Source: Octopus sinensis (taxonomy: Eukaryota). Taken from it: a stretch of DNA of 64,000 nt. The notes beneath the pieces are model-generated. The model saw only the letters and a list, made by a program, of their open reading frames with translations, was not told where the DNA came from and ran no database searches. The stretch lies in contig NC_043004.1 of NCBI RefSeq assembly GCF_006345805.1, positions 95,232,001 to 95,296,000 of the forward strand, written 5' to 3'. This document shows, piece after piece, positions 25,930 to 38,505 of this stretch (position 1 is its first letter; every line of letters starts with the position of its first letter). A program made the translations under genes and the position numbers.

Positions 25930-27352
25930 GTTGCTCTAACACAAAGTTTGCCTTTGTTTTCTTACTTTACTGTCTCCTCTAACAATCAAAACCAATTTGA
26001 CTGTCTCTCGTCTCCAATAACCTTAACCCTCTCTAAAATCACCGTTTTCACAACATTTCTTAGTTCTCTCATTCAAAGCATATAGATTTTTTAAAGCGCA
26101 GAAGCAAAATCTTTTGCTAGTCTCAACTCCCAACGAATGACTACTCACTTATATAACATGCTTCTGCCCAAACAGATACTTTTCATGTCTTTCTCCGCTC
26201 TAGACCACATTTTTTGATAAACCACCACCATCTCTGCACCTGCCTCAACAACTGCCTAATTTAGTTATTCACCTCATGTTTTCAATTACACCCTACCGCA
26301 GACATTTGGTACCCCGATTCAACTGACTGGCCAGTCTCTATTCAGTTCTATATTGATTTTTTTTTGCCGTACCCAATCTACAAGCTGGACTACTCTTATT
26401 CACCACATCAACTCCTGTAAGATTATCTTTAACACAGATGGCGTCATCATGCATCGCACAACACGCAAGTTCCCCCATCTCCCCAAATGCTGCCAAATTC
26501 TGGTCTCTTGCCAAAAATATTTCGACCAATTTTTGTATCACTGTTGTATCGCACGTTCGACGCACGATATTACGGGATAATAAATAAAGTCCTCGCATAT
26601 CATTCTACTCAAGATACACAATACTTGTAATTACATTTGACAACACATAACTCGCGACTTTACACAGCTCACCGACTCTCTGCGCATGTCCATTTATAAT
26701 GTGACACAGTCCCTTAGGAACCAACCAAATAGAGGTGTTCTACTTCCACACAACAATCACGCACCTAACCTTTATCACCAAGACTCCATAATCAATTTTC
26801 TTATGGCGAAAGCCACAATATTTATTGCGCACAATGCAATCAACTCCCACACAATACACGCAAGATAAATCTCTTCAAAAACAATGTCTTTCTATTCTCA
26901 CTAGGTTCACTGCTAAATATACACGTACGGAAACCTCCAGTCAATATGATTTAGGGCATCACTCTATCCTCGCTGAACGTCCGCTGGTAAAAACTTGACC
27001 GCTGTGCTTCACGGAGTAGAGTCAAGAAGCCCAGCAGAAACACACTAGGTGAATGCGGTGTTTACTAAAATAGAAAAAGTGGCAGCAGAGTAATGGTAAA
27101 AAGTTGTGCTAACAAAAGATAAGAATAGCAGAGTGATGGTAACAGTATGCGAAGGGAATAAAACGGAGCTTTAAGTCATAAAGACAGAAAGTAGAAAAAT
27201 ATATTATTATTGTTTCTTAATGTTCCATATTGAATTGCTTAGACATCGTAAATGACAATTGTTTTCAAATATTGATTGCCTTTGGAATCAAATGTTTTCT
27301 TCAACAATACCTTTCCTTTCTTTATTGTGTTAGTCCTGCACTCAGCAGTACT

Positions 27353-27392
<40 letters not shown>

Positions 27393-27860
27393 CCCTTTCT
27401 CTCGCTTCTCACTCTCTCCTTACTCTTCTCTCTTTCTCCTTCTTTCTCGTTTGAAAATATGGCACGGTATCTCCTATTCCTAGGAAAAGTAACCTCTCTG
27501 ACTCTGTCAACTATCGAGTTTCATAAAACCAGATCTGATGGATAACAGCTGCCCTGTCACTCACCAACGAACCCTTACTCTCGAAAAATTTGACCGAAAG
27601 AATTTTGTTGCACTACACGTCGCGAAACTATTTGACGATATTTTGCAGGAAAATCTTTTAGTAAAGCCATCTACTGGTTCTAGCGGTCTTCAATCTCTTG
27701 GATTGAAGGCTTTCTGCCAGATCTTACCGGCACAACATGTGATGACGGTTATCCCTCTAACACTCACTCACACAACTCTGTTGTTCCCCAGTAATCAGCG
27801 ATATCTTCTACACTCTTTTCCCTGTATACTAACAACTTAAAAGCAGTTATATCTTGAGTA
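25930..27860 (+). mobile_element. Very old Jockey/CR1-group LINE debris including an RT fragment
   Basis: FVALHVAKLFDDILQENLLVK (27.6 kb) resembles VALDISKAFDRVWHxxLLxK. 'AAKFWSLAKNIS' at ~26490 resembles the APE-RT linker. Confidence 0.45.
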
Positions 27861-28733
27861 ACAATTAGAAAAGTTGCCAACGAAACAAAAACGGTTCTCT
27901 GCAAATCAGTACATAACCTAGACTTAGAAGAGAATAGGATTAATAAATCTACTAAAGATCTTGACTTTAGTTACAACTCAGTACAAACAAGTAAACCAAT
28001 AAACACATAAATTCATCTACTACTGAAACAATCATATACAGGCCATGAATTAGTGAACTAACAAATGCTAATCCACCACTAATGAAACTACACACAACAA
28101 TCACTTCCATTTTAGAGTATACTGGTTGTAAGTTTGTGAAATACGTTACGCGGATATAACAATCTCTAAGAGGCATTACTTTTTCTATATCAGACACCAA
28201 AGTGTTTCACTTTTGGGAGATTCAGCGGAATCAATGTTTTCTTATTGACATAAACAAAAATGTTCAAATGTGTATATTATGTTGAACATCCTGTCACGGC
28301 AGTCCACCAGAGTGAGGGAAGCTCTGGGTAAATAACCGACCTGCAGAAAGTAACACTGAATGAAATATCCCTTACATAACACACTAGCATGTTCAGTTAG
28401 AGCACTGGGGTCGATGTAATCGATGAGCCGCCTCTCCTAAAATCTTTCAGGCGTTGTGCCGATAGCACAAAGAATTATTACTATTGTCACACACACACAC
28501 ACTCGCACACACACACATACACACTTACACATACATATACACATATATATATTGTATAAACTAAACTGGATGTGTTGTTTAGAATGCATTAGACTGCAGT
28601 GAACCTCCTGAAAAATAAATCTCGTGTAGATGATAAATACCAAGAAAAGCACTGGCGATGCAATTTACTGTCGAAATCACGTAATACAGAAGTGCCATGC
28701 GCAGCCGCTGGTGAAAATTTCATCAGCTGATAT

Positions 28734-28772
<39 letters not shown>

Positions 28773-28815
28773 GATGAATGATCGGAAACACGTAAAAACA
28801 CAAGAGGAGGGGTTT

Positions 28816-29220
28816 TGCCGAAACGTTAGCACGCCGGGCGAAATGCTTAGCGGTATTTCGTCTGCCGTTACGTTGTGAATTCAAATTCAGCCGAGGTCGA
28901 CTTTGCTTTTCATCCTTTCGGGGTCGATAAATTAAGTACCAGTTACGCACTGGAGTCGATGTAATCGACTTAATACCTATGTCTGTCCTTGTTTGTCCCC
29001 TCTGTATTTAGCCCCTAGTGGGTAATAAAGAAATAGGTATTTCGTCTGCCGTTACGTTGTGAGTTCAAATTCCGCCGAGGTCGACTTTGCTTTTTATCCT
29101 TTCGGGGTCGATAAATTAAGTACCAGTTACGCACTGGGGTCGATGTAATCGACTTAATACCTATGTCTGTCCTTGTTTGTCCCCTCTGTGTTTAGCCCTT
29201 TGTGGGTAATAAATAAATAG
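28816..29220 (+). mobile_element. Dimeric SINE family A
   Basis: Two near-identical units joined at AAGAAATAGGTATTTCGTC (29033-29046). Confidence 0.88.
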
Positions 29221-30439
29221 GTGTTATTGTCCCACTTGTTGTTTTCCTCTGTTTTTTATTATCATTTATCATATACAATTCTAACACCGATAGATATTAG
29301 ATAATAGGTTTGACAGAACTGTAAAGCAGTAAGTTGGTAGAATTGTTCTTGGTCGCTTTGCTCTGAGCTCTATTTCTCCCAATCCTGCTAAGACCAGATT
29401 GGCTTGTTATCCTTTCGTGGTGAGGGTAGGCAATAAAACAAACTACCAGTGTTTTGAAGGGTGTGAAACCCACCCTTAGCCACTATTGATCCCATGTCCA
29501 CTCTGATCCGGAGTGGTAGCGTCTTTCAGGGTCCCAAATATAGTTTAACTAGCATACCACAGAATTTCCTCCAGAACACTCGCAAACTCCAACAGACTCA
29601 GGACAGATGAAGCCTTCCGCCCCATAGCTGCTCATCTAAGAGAAGGTAACTACGTAGAGTCCTGCATTCTGATAACTACTGCTCGCATGGTTTTAAGGAC
29701 TAGGGAGTGGGACTGGTTCTGTTTTAAGGACTAAAGAGTGGGGCTGGTTCTGTACAAACTATGTCCACTATAACGATAAACCACTGATATCTTGTGGAGT
29801 AATTAATTTAGAGTTTACAAAATGTATTGGGAGTGAGACCCCAGAGTAAATCCGGTGGGAGGAACCCTAAGGCAGATATGTACAAATTCATCTTTATTTA
29901 GTGATATATACATGAGGGGAGAAGTTGTAAGTATACTTGAGGATGGGCATTTGCTCCCGGAAGCAGCCCAGGCACAGCAGAGATGAGTAATACCGATGAA
30001 CAATAAAAGAAAAAAATGGGACAACCAAACCACTGGGGTCAATCCAATTGACTTAACCCTTTAAAATTTCAGGCAATGCGTCGATTTTAGAAATAATTAC
30101 TAACACCGTTTTACTTTCACTTTCGTGCATACAACTTTATTGAAATCCCTTCTTAACCAGAACTGATGTTTTCCTGTGCATGCATCAATAAGAGAATCTC
30201 AACCTTAAACAGCAACATCAACTATATCATCCATTGATAAGGACTTAAAAAGTGTGAACCTAAGCCCATCCTTCTAGGTTAAATAATTTATTTTTTTTTT
30301 ATAAATGTTAATTTCTTAAAAGTGTTTTATAAATTGATAAATCATCTCCTGCTCCCTGACATCTTCTCCTGCTTATTTTCTGCTTAACTGACATATCATT
30401 ATTATTGCTATTATTATTGTAGCTCTTGTTGTTGTTTTT

Positions 30440-30452
30440 GTTATTATCGTTG

Positions 30453-30483
<31 letters not shown>

Positions 30484-31055
30484 ATTATTATTATTATTAT
30501 ATTATTATTATTATTATTATAACTACTACTGTTATTGTCTCGCAGATAATGGAGTGTCTTGTTCAGCAGGCATAATTAAAAACCATTAGACTTTTCAGTT
30601 ATCATTATGATTTATTCTTGTCAGATGGAGCCAAACAAACAACGGACCGACCACCAACGAAAGATAAACTTAAAATAAATAAGTATAAAAAAAAAATAAT
30701 AATAATAATAACATAAAATGAAAGAAGAATAAAATGGAAGAAATTAAATGTGATGAAATATTAAAATTAACAAGAAACAAATTAGTACAATATTTGACAA
30801 TTTCAATGACAACTCAGATTGCAATCTCAGGAACATAAACAACTGAATGGGATGATAGCTGATGAGGGATGGTGGAGTTTTTAGTATTGGAGATAATGAC
30901 AGCGACAACGATAATGATGAGAAGGAGGAGGAAGAGGAAGAGGATGATGAGGGAAAATGGGGGGGATGTGGATGGTAGCTAGAAGGTGGACGACAATAAT
31001 CGTCTTTAAAAGGATGGCGGTGAAGGTGGTGTCAGCCATGAGGATGACTATGGTG

Positions 31056-31087
<32 letters not shown>

Positions 31088-31393
31088 GGTGATGATGATG
31101 ATGGTGATGATGATGACGGTGGTGGTGGTGGTGTCGACGACGACGACGACGATGATGATAATGATGATGATGTGGATTATGATGATGATGAGGATGATGA
31201 TGATGATGATGGTGGTGGCGACAATTCCATCGATGATGAGGATTGCGATATGGTATTTGTACGTAAGAAATCAATATGACGACGATAAGGAGGAGGAGAA
31301 GGAGGGGGTGGGGAGGAGGAGAACGAGGAGGGATTATGTATCCCGCATTAACGATTTTCAAGGACCATGATGACCATATATATATATACATAC

Positions 31394-31460
<67 letters not shown>
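30440..31460. repeat. (TTA)n, (GAT/GGT)n and (TA)n microsatellite cluster
   Basis: Directly visible; source of the poly-M and poly-H ORFs. Confidence 0.9.
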
Positions 31461-31462
<2 letters not shown>

Positions 31463-32313
31463 AGCTGAATTTGATTATGATGGTGACGGATGATGATGCG
31501 AATAGTGGTAGCACTGATGAAAACGATATGATGGTAGAGAGAGCTGGTCACCATTCTGACGAAATGAAATGTTATTTATTGCTCACCTAGTTATGTTTTC
31601 GAATGTGTTCATCTGATTTTTATACGTTTATCTCATTTCTTTCTTTAATGCTATCGGTTGTCTTGCTTTTTTCCCTGCATTTATTTCTTTTTCCTGTTGT
31701 TTTTTCTTGTGTGTGCTGCTTGAGGACGAAGATGGAGAATTATCGTTATTTAGTAAAATACGTTTTGTGAAGTGTAAGGCTGTCAACATGTTGCTATTTC
31801 ATTTTGCTTTATTTTGTGTGTTTTTGTAATTATTTACAGAGGAGAGATAATGGAAAAACAGGGCAAAATATTTATATCGCATGTAAAATGTTCACATTAT
31901 AGAAGATATTTACAGTGGATAAAAAATAGATTAACTGGGCAACAGCATCAGCATCATCATCACCACCACCACCACCACCACCACCACCACCTCAACCGTT
32001 CTCATCGTAACGCTTTAAACTTATACGTTTCCATGCTTTCATGGGTCAGACGAGATTTGTAAATCTAGATTTTTTTTTCTCTACAGCCCTGATGCTTTTC
32101 CTATTGCCAACTTTTGCTTGTTATTGAGTAGGGTAATATTCCCCACCCCAACGAGTCTCTCAAACAACGAAGACATCTGAACATATTTTGTAGCGGATTG
32201 TGAGCGAACGATACTGTATGAATGGTGACATTTTGATTCCAGTCAACGTGTATATGTCGAAACAATGGGAATACTCATTTAGTCATACATACGCACATAC
32301 ACATGCACTCGTC

Positions 32314-32359
<46 letters not shown>

Positions 32360-32525
32360 TATATTATATATATAATTAAATATATACATATATATACTAT
32401 ATTATATATATATATATATATATACACACACGTATATATACTTACTTTGATACTTTGATAGGTTTCGGCCATTATTGGCCCAGGCCATGTCTAACTTATA
32501 GCACCACCTGGTGAAGTCTTTCAAG

Positions 32526-35500
32526 TCAGAATTTGGGCACTATGGCCCACTCAAGTAGAGAGTTATTGTTTACAGAGACATATCGGGTGTAGGGGGTTTA
32601 TCCGGGATTTCTTGAAGGAATCGTCCAAAGACTTCTTGAACCCTATAGGGTCAGTTTCTGTTTTATGTGTTTGGTTGTTGTAATGTTAAAGAGAGCGGGG
32701 CCAATTGAGGTGAAATAATTGTGCCGTATTGTTGTTATGAGATGAGAGTGCGATTTTTGTTTTGGGCGGATGGCACGGGGCCCAAGCCTTGGATGTACCT
32801 TAAAGGTGATGCCAACATATTTGGGCAATGCTGATGGAATATTTTCCACATCATGCAGATGATGTAGCGCTCACGACGACGTTGGAGAGAATAGAGTTTT
32901 AGCTTTTCTAGTCGACCCCAATAGTCGAGGCCTGTCATGCCATCTATCTTTTTTGTGATTGCCCTTTGAGGTGCTTCGACTTTTTTGATACCTTGTATTG
33001 TGTGGGGAGACCACAGTGGACAACAGTATTCAAGGTGGGGTCGGGCAAAAGTGGAGAAGAGAGGATAATGGTGTGGATATCTCTCGACTGGAAAGTTCTG
33101 AGAATCCAGGAACACATTCTGCGGGCCATGTCAACTTTGGTGTTTATATGAGTGGCCCAGCTTACGTTGTTGTCCACAATTACTCCCAAGTCTCTGATGT
33201 TGTTGGACGCCGCGAGAGTTTCACCTGAAGGAAGGGAGTATGGGAGTTTCAGGGCATCCTCTTTTCCAAAGTGGATTAGCTCAAATTTATCCTCGTTCAG
33301 CAGCATATGTTTTTTTTCTGCCCATTGGATAACAGCCAGTAGATCTGACTGAAGGCATGTCCGGTCACTCGCCTCATTTATGACCTTCTGTAGCTTGGAG
33401 TCATCTGCAAAGATTTTTATGTGCTGTGCTTGATGATGTCATAATGTCATTAATGTAAATGATGAAAAGAAGTGGGCCCAGCACAGTGCCTTGCGGAACG
33501 CCACTACTGACTTTGGCTGGGCTTGATTTTACCCCTTCAACTACAACATGTTGAGATCTGTCTGTCAGGAAACACTTAATCCATTTCAGTAACTTTCCAG
33601 AGACACCAATGTTGGATAGTTTTTTCAATAGGATCTTGTGATCGACCCTGTCGAAGGCCTTACTGAAATCAAGGTAGATGACATCGGTGTTGGAGCCCTC
33701 TCCCAAAGCTCTCAAAATGTCCTCAAAGTGATGCAGGAGCTGCGTTAGGCAGTCCCTTCCATTACGGAACCCATGTTGGTTGGAGATCAGCCGTCTGTTG
33801 CTTTCCAGAAATTGGGTTATTTGAGATCTCACCACCCTCTCAAATACCTTGATGATATGAGAGGTGAGAGATCGGACGGTAATTCACTGCAAGGGACTTG
33901 TTTCCCTTTTGAAAACTGGACAACAGACTGGGACAGAAGGTTTTTTGGAATATAGCCAGCATCCAGTGAGTTTCTCCACAGATTAGCAAGGGGAGATGCA
34001 AGTTGGTGTCGACACACCTTCAGGACACAAGCAGGGAACCTATCGGGGCCTACTGCTGAATTGTTTTATTTCGTTTATCGCCGCTAAGACATCAGGGGCA
34101 CTAAACGTTATGTCCGATATAGTGTGTTGGGGGTTGACATCACTGATACAGCCCAGATCGGCCATATCAGGATTGCTGAAAACAGAGCAGTATTGTTTCT
34201 GCAGTATCTCGGCCATGGATTGGCATTATCTTGGAGAGTGCCAGTTTCGTCAATTAGAGGGCCTACAGTGGAGACAGTGACCCTGCGATTTCCTCGAAAT
34301 GAAAGAAAGAACACTTTGGGGTTGAGTTTGATTTTTTCAATGGCCCACTTCTCCTCAGCTGATCTTTGGTTATTGATGAGGGACTTCATGCATTGTTGGA
34401 GGTTATATTTTTGGATTCAAGCAGTGCGATAGCCGTCGAATGTGTGTGTTGCTGTTGGCAGTACTTTAGTTTGTTAATTTTTTTGTTTGTTCTTTTTATT
34501 TTTCTGATAATGGTTTTTCTGTTTTGGGGGATTCTGCACTTTTTGTTCACAGGTCTTGGTGGGGAGTGTTTTGCACATATGTCTGTGACGGTGTCTACAA
34601 AGATCTGCCAAGATGTTTTATGGTTGGTGGAGATGTGTGTATGTGTAAAGGACCAGTCAACATTTGATAGCTCGTTCCTGATTGCATCCCAGTTGGCTTT
34701 ATGGAGATCCATGTTGTCAAATGGGTGGGCTGGAGGAAGGTCACTAGGATTAGCTTTCGGCTGGTGGAATTTCATGTTACAGAGAACCATGTCATGGTCT
34801 GAAAGAAGGGTTTTTTCCACTGTAACGTTATGTATAGTGTTAGTGTGGTTACTAAACACTAGGTCCAAAATGTTCTGATGTCTTGTTGGTGCAAGGACAA
34901 GTTGGGACAAGAAAAACTCATTCGTAAAGTCGAAAAGTGACTCTGCTGCTTCTTTGTCAGCGGTTGAGGCGGGAGTGCTTGGTTTCAAACAGTTTGTAGT
35001 CCAGTCAACACAGGGTAGATTGAAGTCTCCCATCATGAGTATGTTGCTAGAATGGCACTGTTGAATAAAGCACTTAATGCTGTTGAGGCATTCTTTAAAG
35101 CACAGTATGGGTGTTTGGGGCGGCCTATAGAGCCAATTACTGTCAGATCATTGGCTTTGTTGTGCACGGTGACTGATTCACAGTAGCCGTTGGAGAATAT
35201 ACTATTTCCATCTGCCGTAAATGAATCATGCAGGAAAATGGCAGTTCCACCCTTCCTCCTGCCGATACGATCCGCGCGGATGGTTGTGAAATTCTTCACT
35301 CTCACTTCGGCTTCCAAGTGGGAGTTGTCAAGGTGGGTCTCAGTGAGAATGAAGAAAGGGATGTGGTGTGAATGGTTACCAACCCAGTCTTCAATGAATT
35401 GGACCTTCCATTTTTGTGCATTGATGGAAGGGCTGACACCTTGTGCATTGAGTAGGAATGTGGAGGTTAGTGTAGTGGCTGGTTTTGACTGTTGCAGGGG

Positions 35501-35551
35501 GCTTGGATTTTTTGTGTGTGTTAGTGGCAGCAATGTGGGGAATTGGTGCAC
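32526..35551 (-). pseudogene. LINE ORF2 (APE + RT) with multiple frameshifts
   Basis: LNAQG, LTETHL, MGDFN, ILDLVF, SDH; [28 protein letters not shown]; RPHLEYCCPLWSP. Confidence 0.92.
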
Positions 35552-36678
35552 TGGGGTAATAGCATAGGATGGTGTTGAGTGATGGCTAGAATGTTTTTGT
35601 GTATCTCTTTTGCCATGTTCAACATGGCTAAAAAAGAATTTTCCTGCTTAGGGAGCAGTTTTTGGCTGGAGGTGTGGTTGCACTGTTGGATAGGGTTGTA
35701 GTTTCCACTTTTGTTGTTGTTGTTTTTGTGTCTTCCTGAAAAGACTGGACCAGCATTACTGCAGCATGGTGTGTTTCTATTTTTATTGTTATTCAGGTTT
35801 GTGTGTTGGCTTGAGGCCCCGTTTCTGTTTGTGCGTCGGGTCCCTGGAAGATGAGTGAAGGGACAGTCACTCAGTAGACATGTTCTCTCACGTGGGAATA
35901 CCGGCAGATTTTGGGACTCCGAGTGTGTGTGTTTTGAATTTCGATTTACTATTTGGTGGTGTTGATGTATTGTGGGATGCGTGCTTTGGCCTTGGCCAGT
36001 AGTGCGTCTAGTGCCGGGTAGATGCGTGAAGATGCAGTCACTATTTGTGCAGAGTCTCTGGCGCAGTGAATAGCGGCATATTTGGGGATTTCTTGTTTGT
36101 GCCGTGGGGGGCGCATTCTGCTTCCTATGTTTCTTTAAGTTTTTGTTACTGCAGTAGTATTGAGGTGGTGATGTGGGGGAAGAGGGCAGTGGTTTCTTAT
36201 TTGGTTTTCTGTTGGTATTTTTGGTGATAGAAGACGATGGTGGCAGCGGTGGTGATGATGATGATGATAATTGTGGTGGTTGCTGTGAGAGCGGTGAAAA
36301 GATACTGGCATTTAGTGAATCGTCTAGTAAGCTAGAGTTGAGGAGTGGCTGTTGTTGTTCTTGTTGCTGTGGCTGTTGTTGTTGTTGTTGTGCCTGACCG
36401 ATGTCAGGGTCAGCCATTGTGTTGGGAACCAGGAGTGGCTCATTCTGTTGTTGTTGTTGTTGTGGCTGCTGATTTTCTAGCTGTTGTTGTTCTTGAACTG
36501 TGAAAATATGTAGAAGCTTTTCATAATGGCCTCTTATCAGTTTGAAAGATACTTCGATATGTTTCAACTTGCTACGAATCTGTTTGACGGATCGTGTGTT
36601 GACCACTTGTGATGTTTTTTCGGCAATCTCATTCAAACACAAGACATTTAGATTTCTGTTTGGGAAAGAGAGAGCCAT
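35521..36678 (-). CDS. LINE ORF1 with poly-Q tract and CCCH-type zinc-finger repeats
   Basis: 385 aa from ATG. CRYSLRQRLCTNSDCIFTH fits C-x8-C-x4-C-x3-H; a second repeat reads ...CLLSDCPFTHLPGTRR. Confidence 0.8.
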   Translation of the reverse strand: MALSFPNRNLNVLCLNEIAEKTSQVVNTRSVKQIRSKLKHIEVSFKLIRGHYEKLLHIFTVQEQQQLENQQPQQQQQQNEPLLVPNTMADPDIGQAQQQQQQPQQQEQQQPLLNSSLLDDSLNASIFSPLSQQPPQLSSSSSPPLPPSSSITKNTNRKPNKKPLPSSPTSPPQYYCSNKNLKKHRKQNAPPTAQTRNPQICRYSLRQRLCTNSDCIFTHLPGTRRTTGQGQSTHPTIHQHHQIVNRNSKHTHSESQNLPVFPRERTCLLSDCPFTHLPGTRRTNRNGASSQHTNLNNNKNRNTPCCSNAGPVFSGRHKNNNNKSGNYNPIQQCNHTSSQKLLPKQENSFLAMLNMAKEIHKNILAITQHHPMLLPQCTNSPHCCH

Positions 36679-37110
36679 GTGTTTATTAAAACATCAATTT
36701 CGTTATCAGACCAATTTCGTCTGTTGCAGGCCTGCAAGTTAGTCATGTTTGTTTTTCTTTTGTTTGTTTTCCTTTTGATTTTTGAAAATATATATATTCT
36801 TTCTTGGGAGTTAAAGAAGTGTATATATATATAAATGTTCTCTCTTAAGGGTGTGAGTTTTTGATTATTTGGTTGTTTGAGGATATTAAAAGAAAAACAG
36901 GTGTATATAACAATTTGTAGTTAAATGAAAACGTACTACGGGTTGTAGGCAAACACGTGGTTACAAATATATATATATTTAAGGTCAGTTAGTTTTGAAG
37001 CTGTGTAGCTTGCTACTGACTCGGAGAGAAACAAATAGACGTCCGTCCAGTATATATATTATATAATATATATAATATATAATGTAATATATATATATAT
37101 ATATATATAT

Positions 37111-37151
<41 letters not shown>

Positions 37152-37237
37152 TACAGATATGGTTATAGAGAGAGAGAGGGGAGAGGTAGAGAGAGAGAGA
37201 GAGATAAGAAAGTTGGTTTGTGAAAGCACGTGGTGAA

Positions 37238-37443
37238 ATATAGAAACAGTGTAAAAAGTGAAACAACTACAGAAGCTTGTTTAAAGGTTAAAGTATATAT
37301 ATTTAAGTCATATGTCTGAAGAATATTATAAATTTTTTCTTACAAGAAAAACATTTATAATATTCTTCAGATATATTGACTTAAATATATATTCTTTAAC
37401 CTTTTAAAACAAGCCTTCTGTAGTTTTTTCACTTTTTACTATT

Positions 37444-37452
<9 letters not shown>
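37238..37452. repeat. AT-rich fold-back palindrome (~100-bp arms)
   Basis: Left arm GTAAAAAGTGAAACAACTACAGAAG...CTGAAGAATATTATAAAT matches the reverse complement of the right arm; axis at ~37342. Confidence 0.9.
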
Positions 37453-37523
<71 letters not shown>

Positions 37524-37639
37524 TATTAATATAATATATATAATATACATATATATACATACATATATATATATACATATATATATAAGCAATAATAAAT
37601 CTCTGAACGAGTTATGGACAGTAACTGCACGACAATGTC

Positions 37640-37795
37640 ATGTATATTTGCCATCTCAATATGGCTAACCTCTAAGGGTGGATGTTACTGTAGCTTGTAG
37701 CCCCAGGAGAGCCAGCCAGCTGGAGGAGATGTTCTCCTGGGGCTACAAGCTACAGTAACATCCACCCTTAGTGGTTAGCCGTATTGAGATGGCAA

Positions 37796-37803
<8 letters not shown>
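37640..37803. repeat. Near-perfect hairpin, 71-bp arms, 22-nt spacer
   Basis: 37640-37710 versus the reverse complement of 37733-37803 shows 2 mismatches. Confidence 0.95.
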
Positions 37804-37835
<32 letters not shown>

Positions 37836-37870
37836 TTATATAGGAAAAAAGCAACAAGAATGGATTAAAA

Positions 37871-37955
37871 TCTCGGTACGATCGTTTCGTACGAGGACAT
37901 CTTTAATAAGCTACAAAAAATGCAGTGAATACAGATGCTCGTACTCGTCAGCCGA
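37871..37955 (-). ncRNA. Type I minimal hammerhead ribozyme (inverted copy)
   Basis: Reverse complement of 40470-40556; CUGACGA, GAAA and GUA are all intact. Confidence 0.85.
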
Positions 37956-38505
37956 AAAAACATCAGAGAATTCCCAAACATCAAAGGGTAGATACAAAAG
38001 AGGTTGTAAGATTAACTGCATTGAAGAAAGTTCGATCATGGAAATCCGATGAAAGGTTTTAAACTTACAGAATTTGTGCATGTCTACATATAGCTCATAT
38101 TGAATTTTTAATCAAGTTGTGTGAAGAAATTTTCGGATACAGTCATGCAAGATTTCTGAAAATCCGAGTAAGAGGCAAAGTGACTGCCATATCATGTAGA
38201 GGAAAGTCTGAGTAAAAGCAAAGTGACTGTCATATCGTGTAGAGGAACAGATTGTTATTGAAATTTACAAGAATCGCAGATAAGTTCGATTCTTGGAGAT
38301 CCGATGAAAAGTCTTGAACTTACAGAATATGTGCATGTCCTTATAGTTCATAATCCAGTTATGTGAAGAGATTTAGGGTACAATCATGCGAAAATATCAG
38401 GGAATCCGAATGAGAAGCAAAATGACAGTCTTATATTGCAGAGGTGCAGGTTGTTAATGAATTTTACAAGAATCACAGAGAGAGGAGGAAGGAAGTAAAA
38501 TTTAA

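Larger units (their letters stand above)
32443..37050 (-). mobile_element. Full-length, frameshifted CR1-clade LINE (LINE 2), flanked by (TA)n
   Basis: 5' UTR ~36680-37050, ORF1, APE, RT, then a 3' hairpin and (TATCAAAG)2 tail at 32443-32460. Confidence 0.92.

Noticed and set aside
38020-38480. Repeated ~210-255-bp units and a ~40-bp tandem inside the inverted repeats, considered as a CRISPR-like or multi-ribozyme array
   Set aside because: Only two diverged units, no unique spacers, and no hammerhead core in the inner units; ordinary internal duplication.
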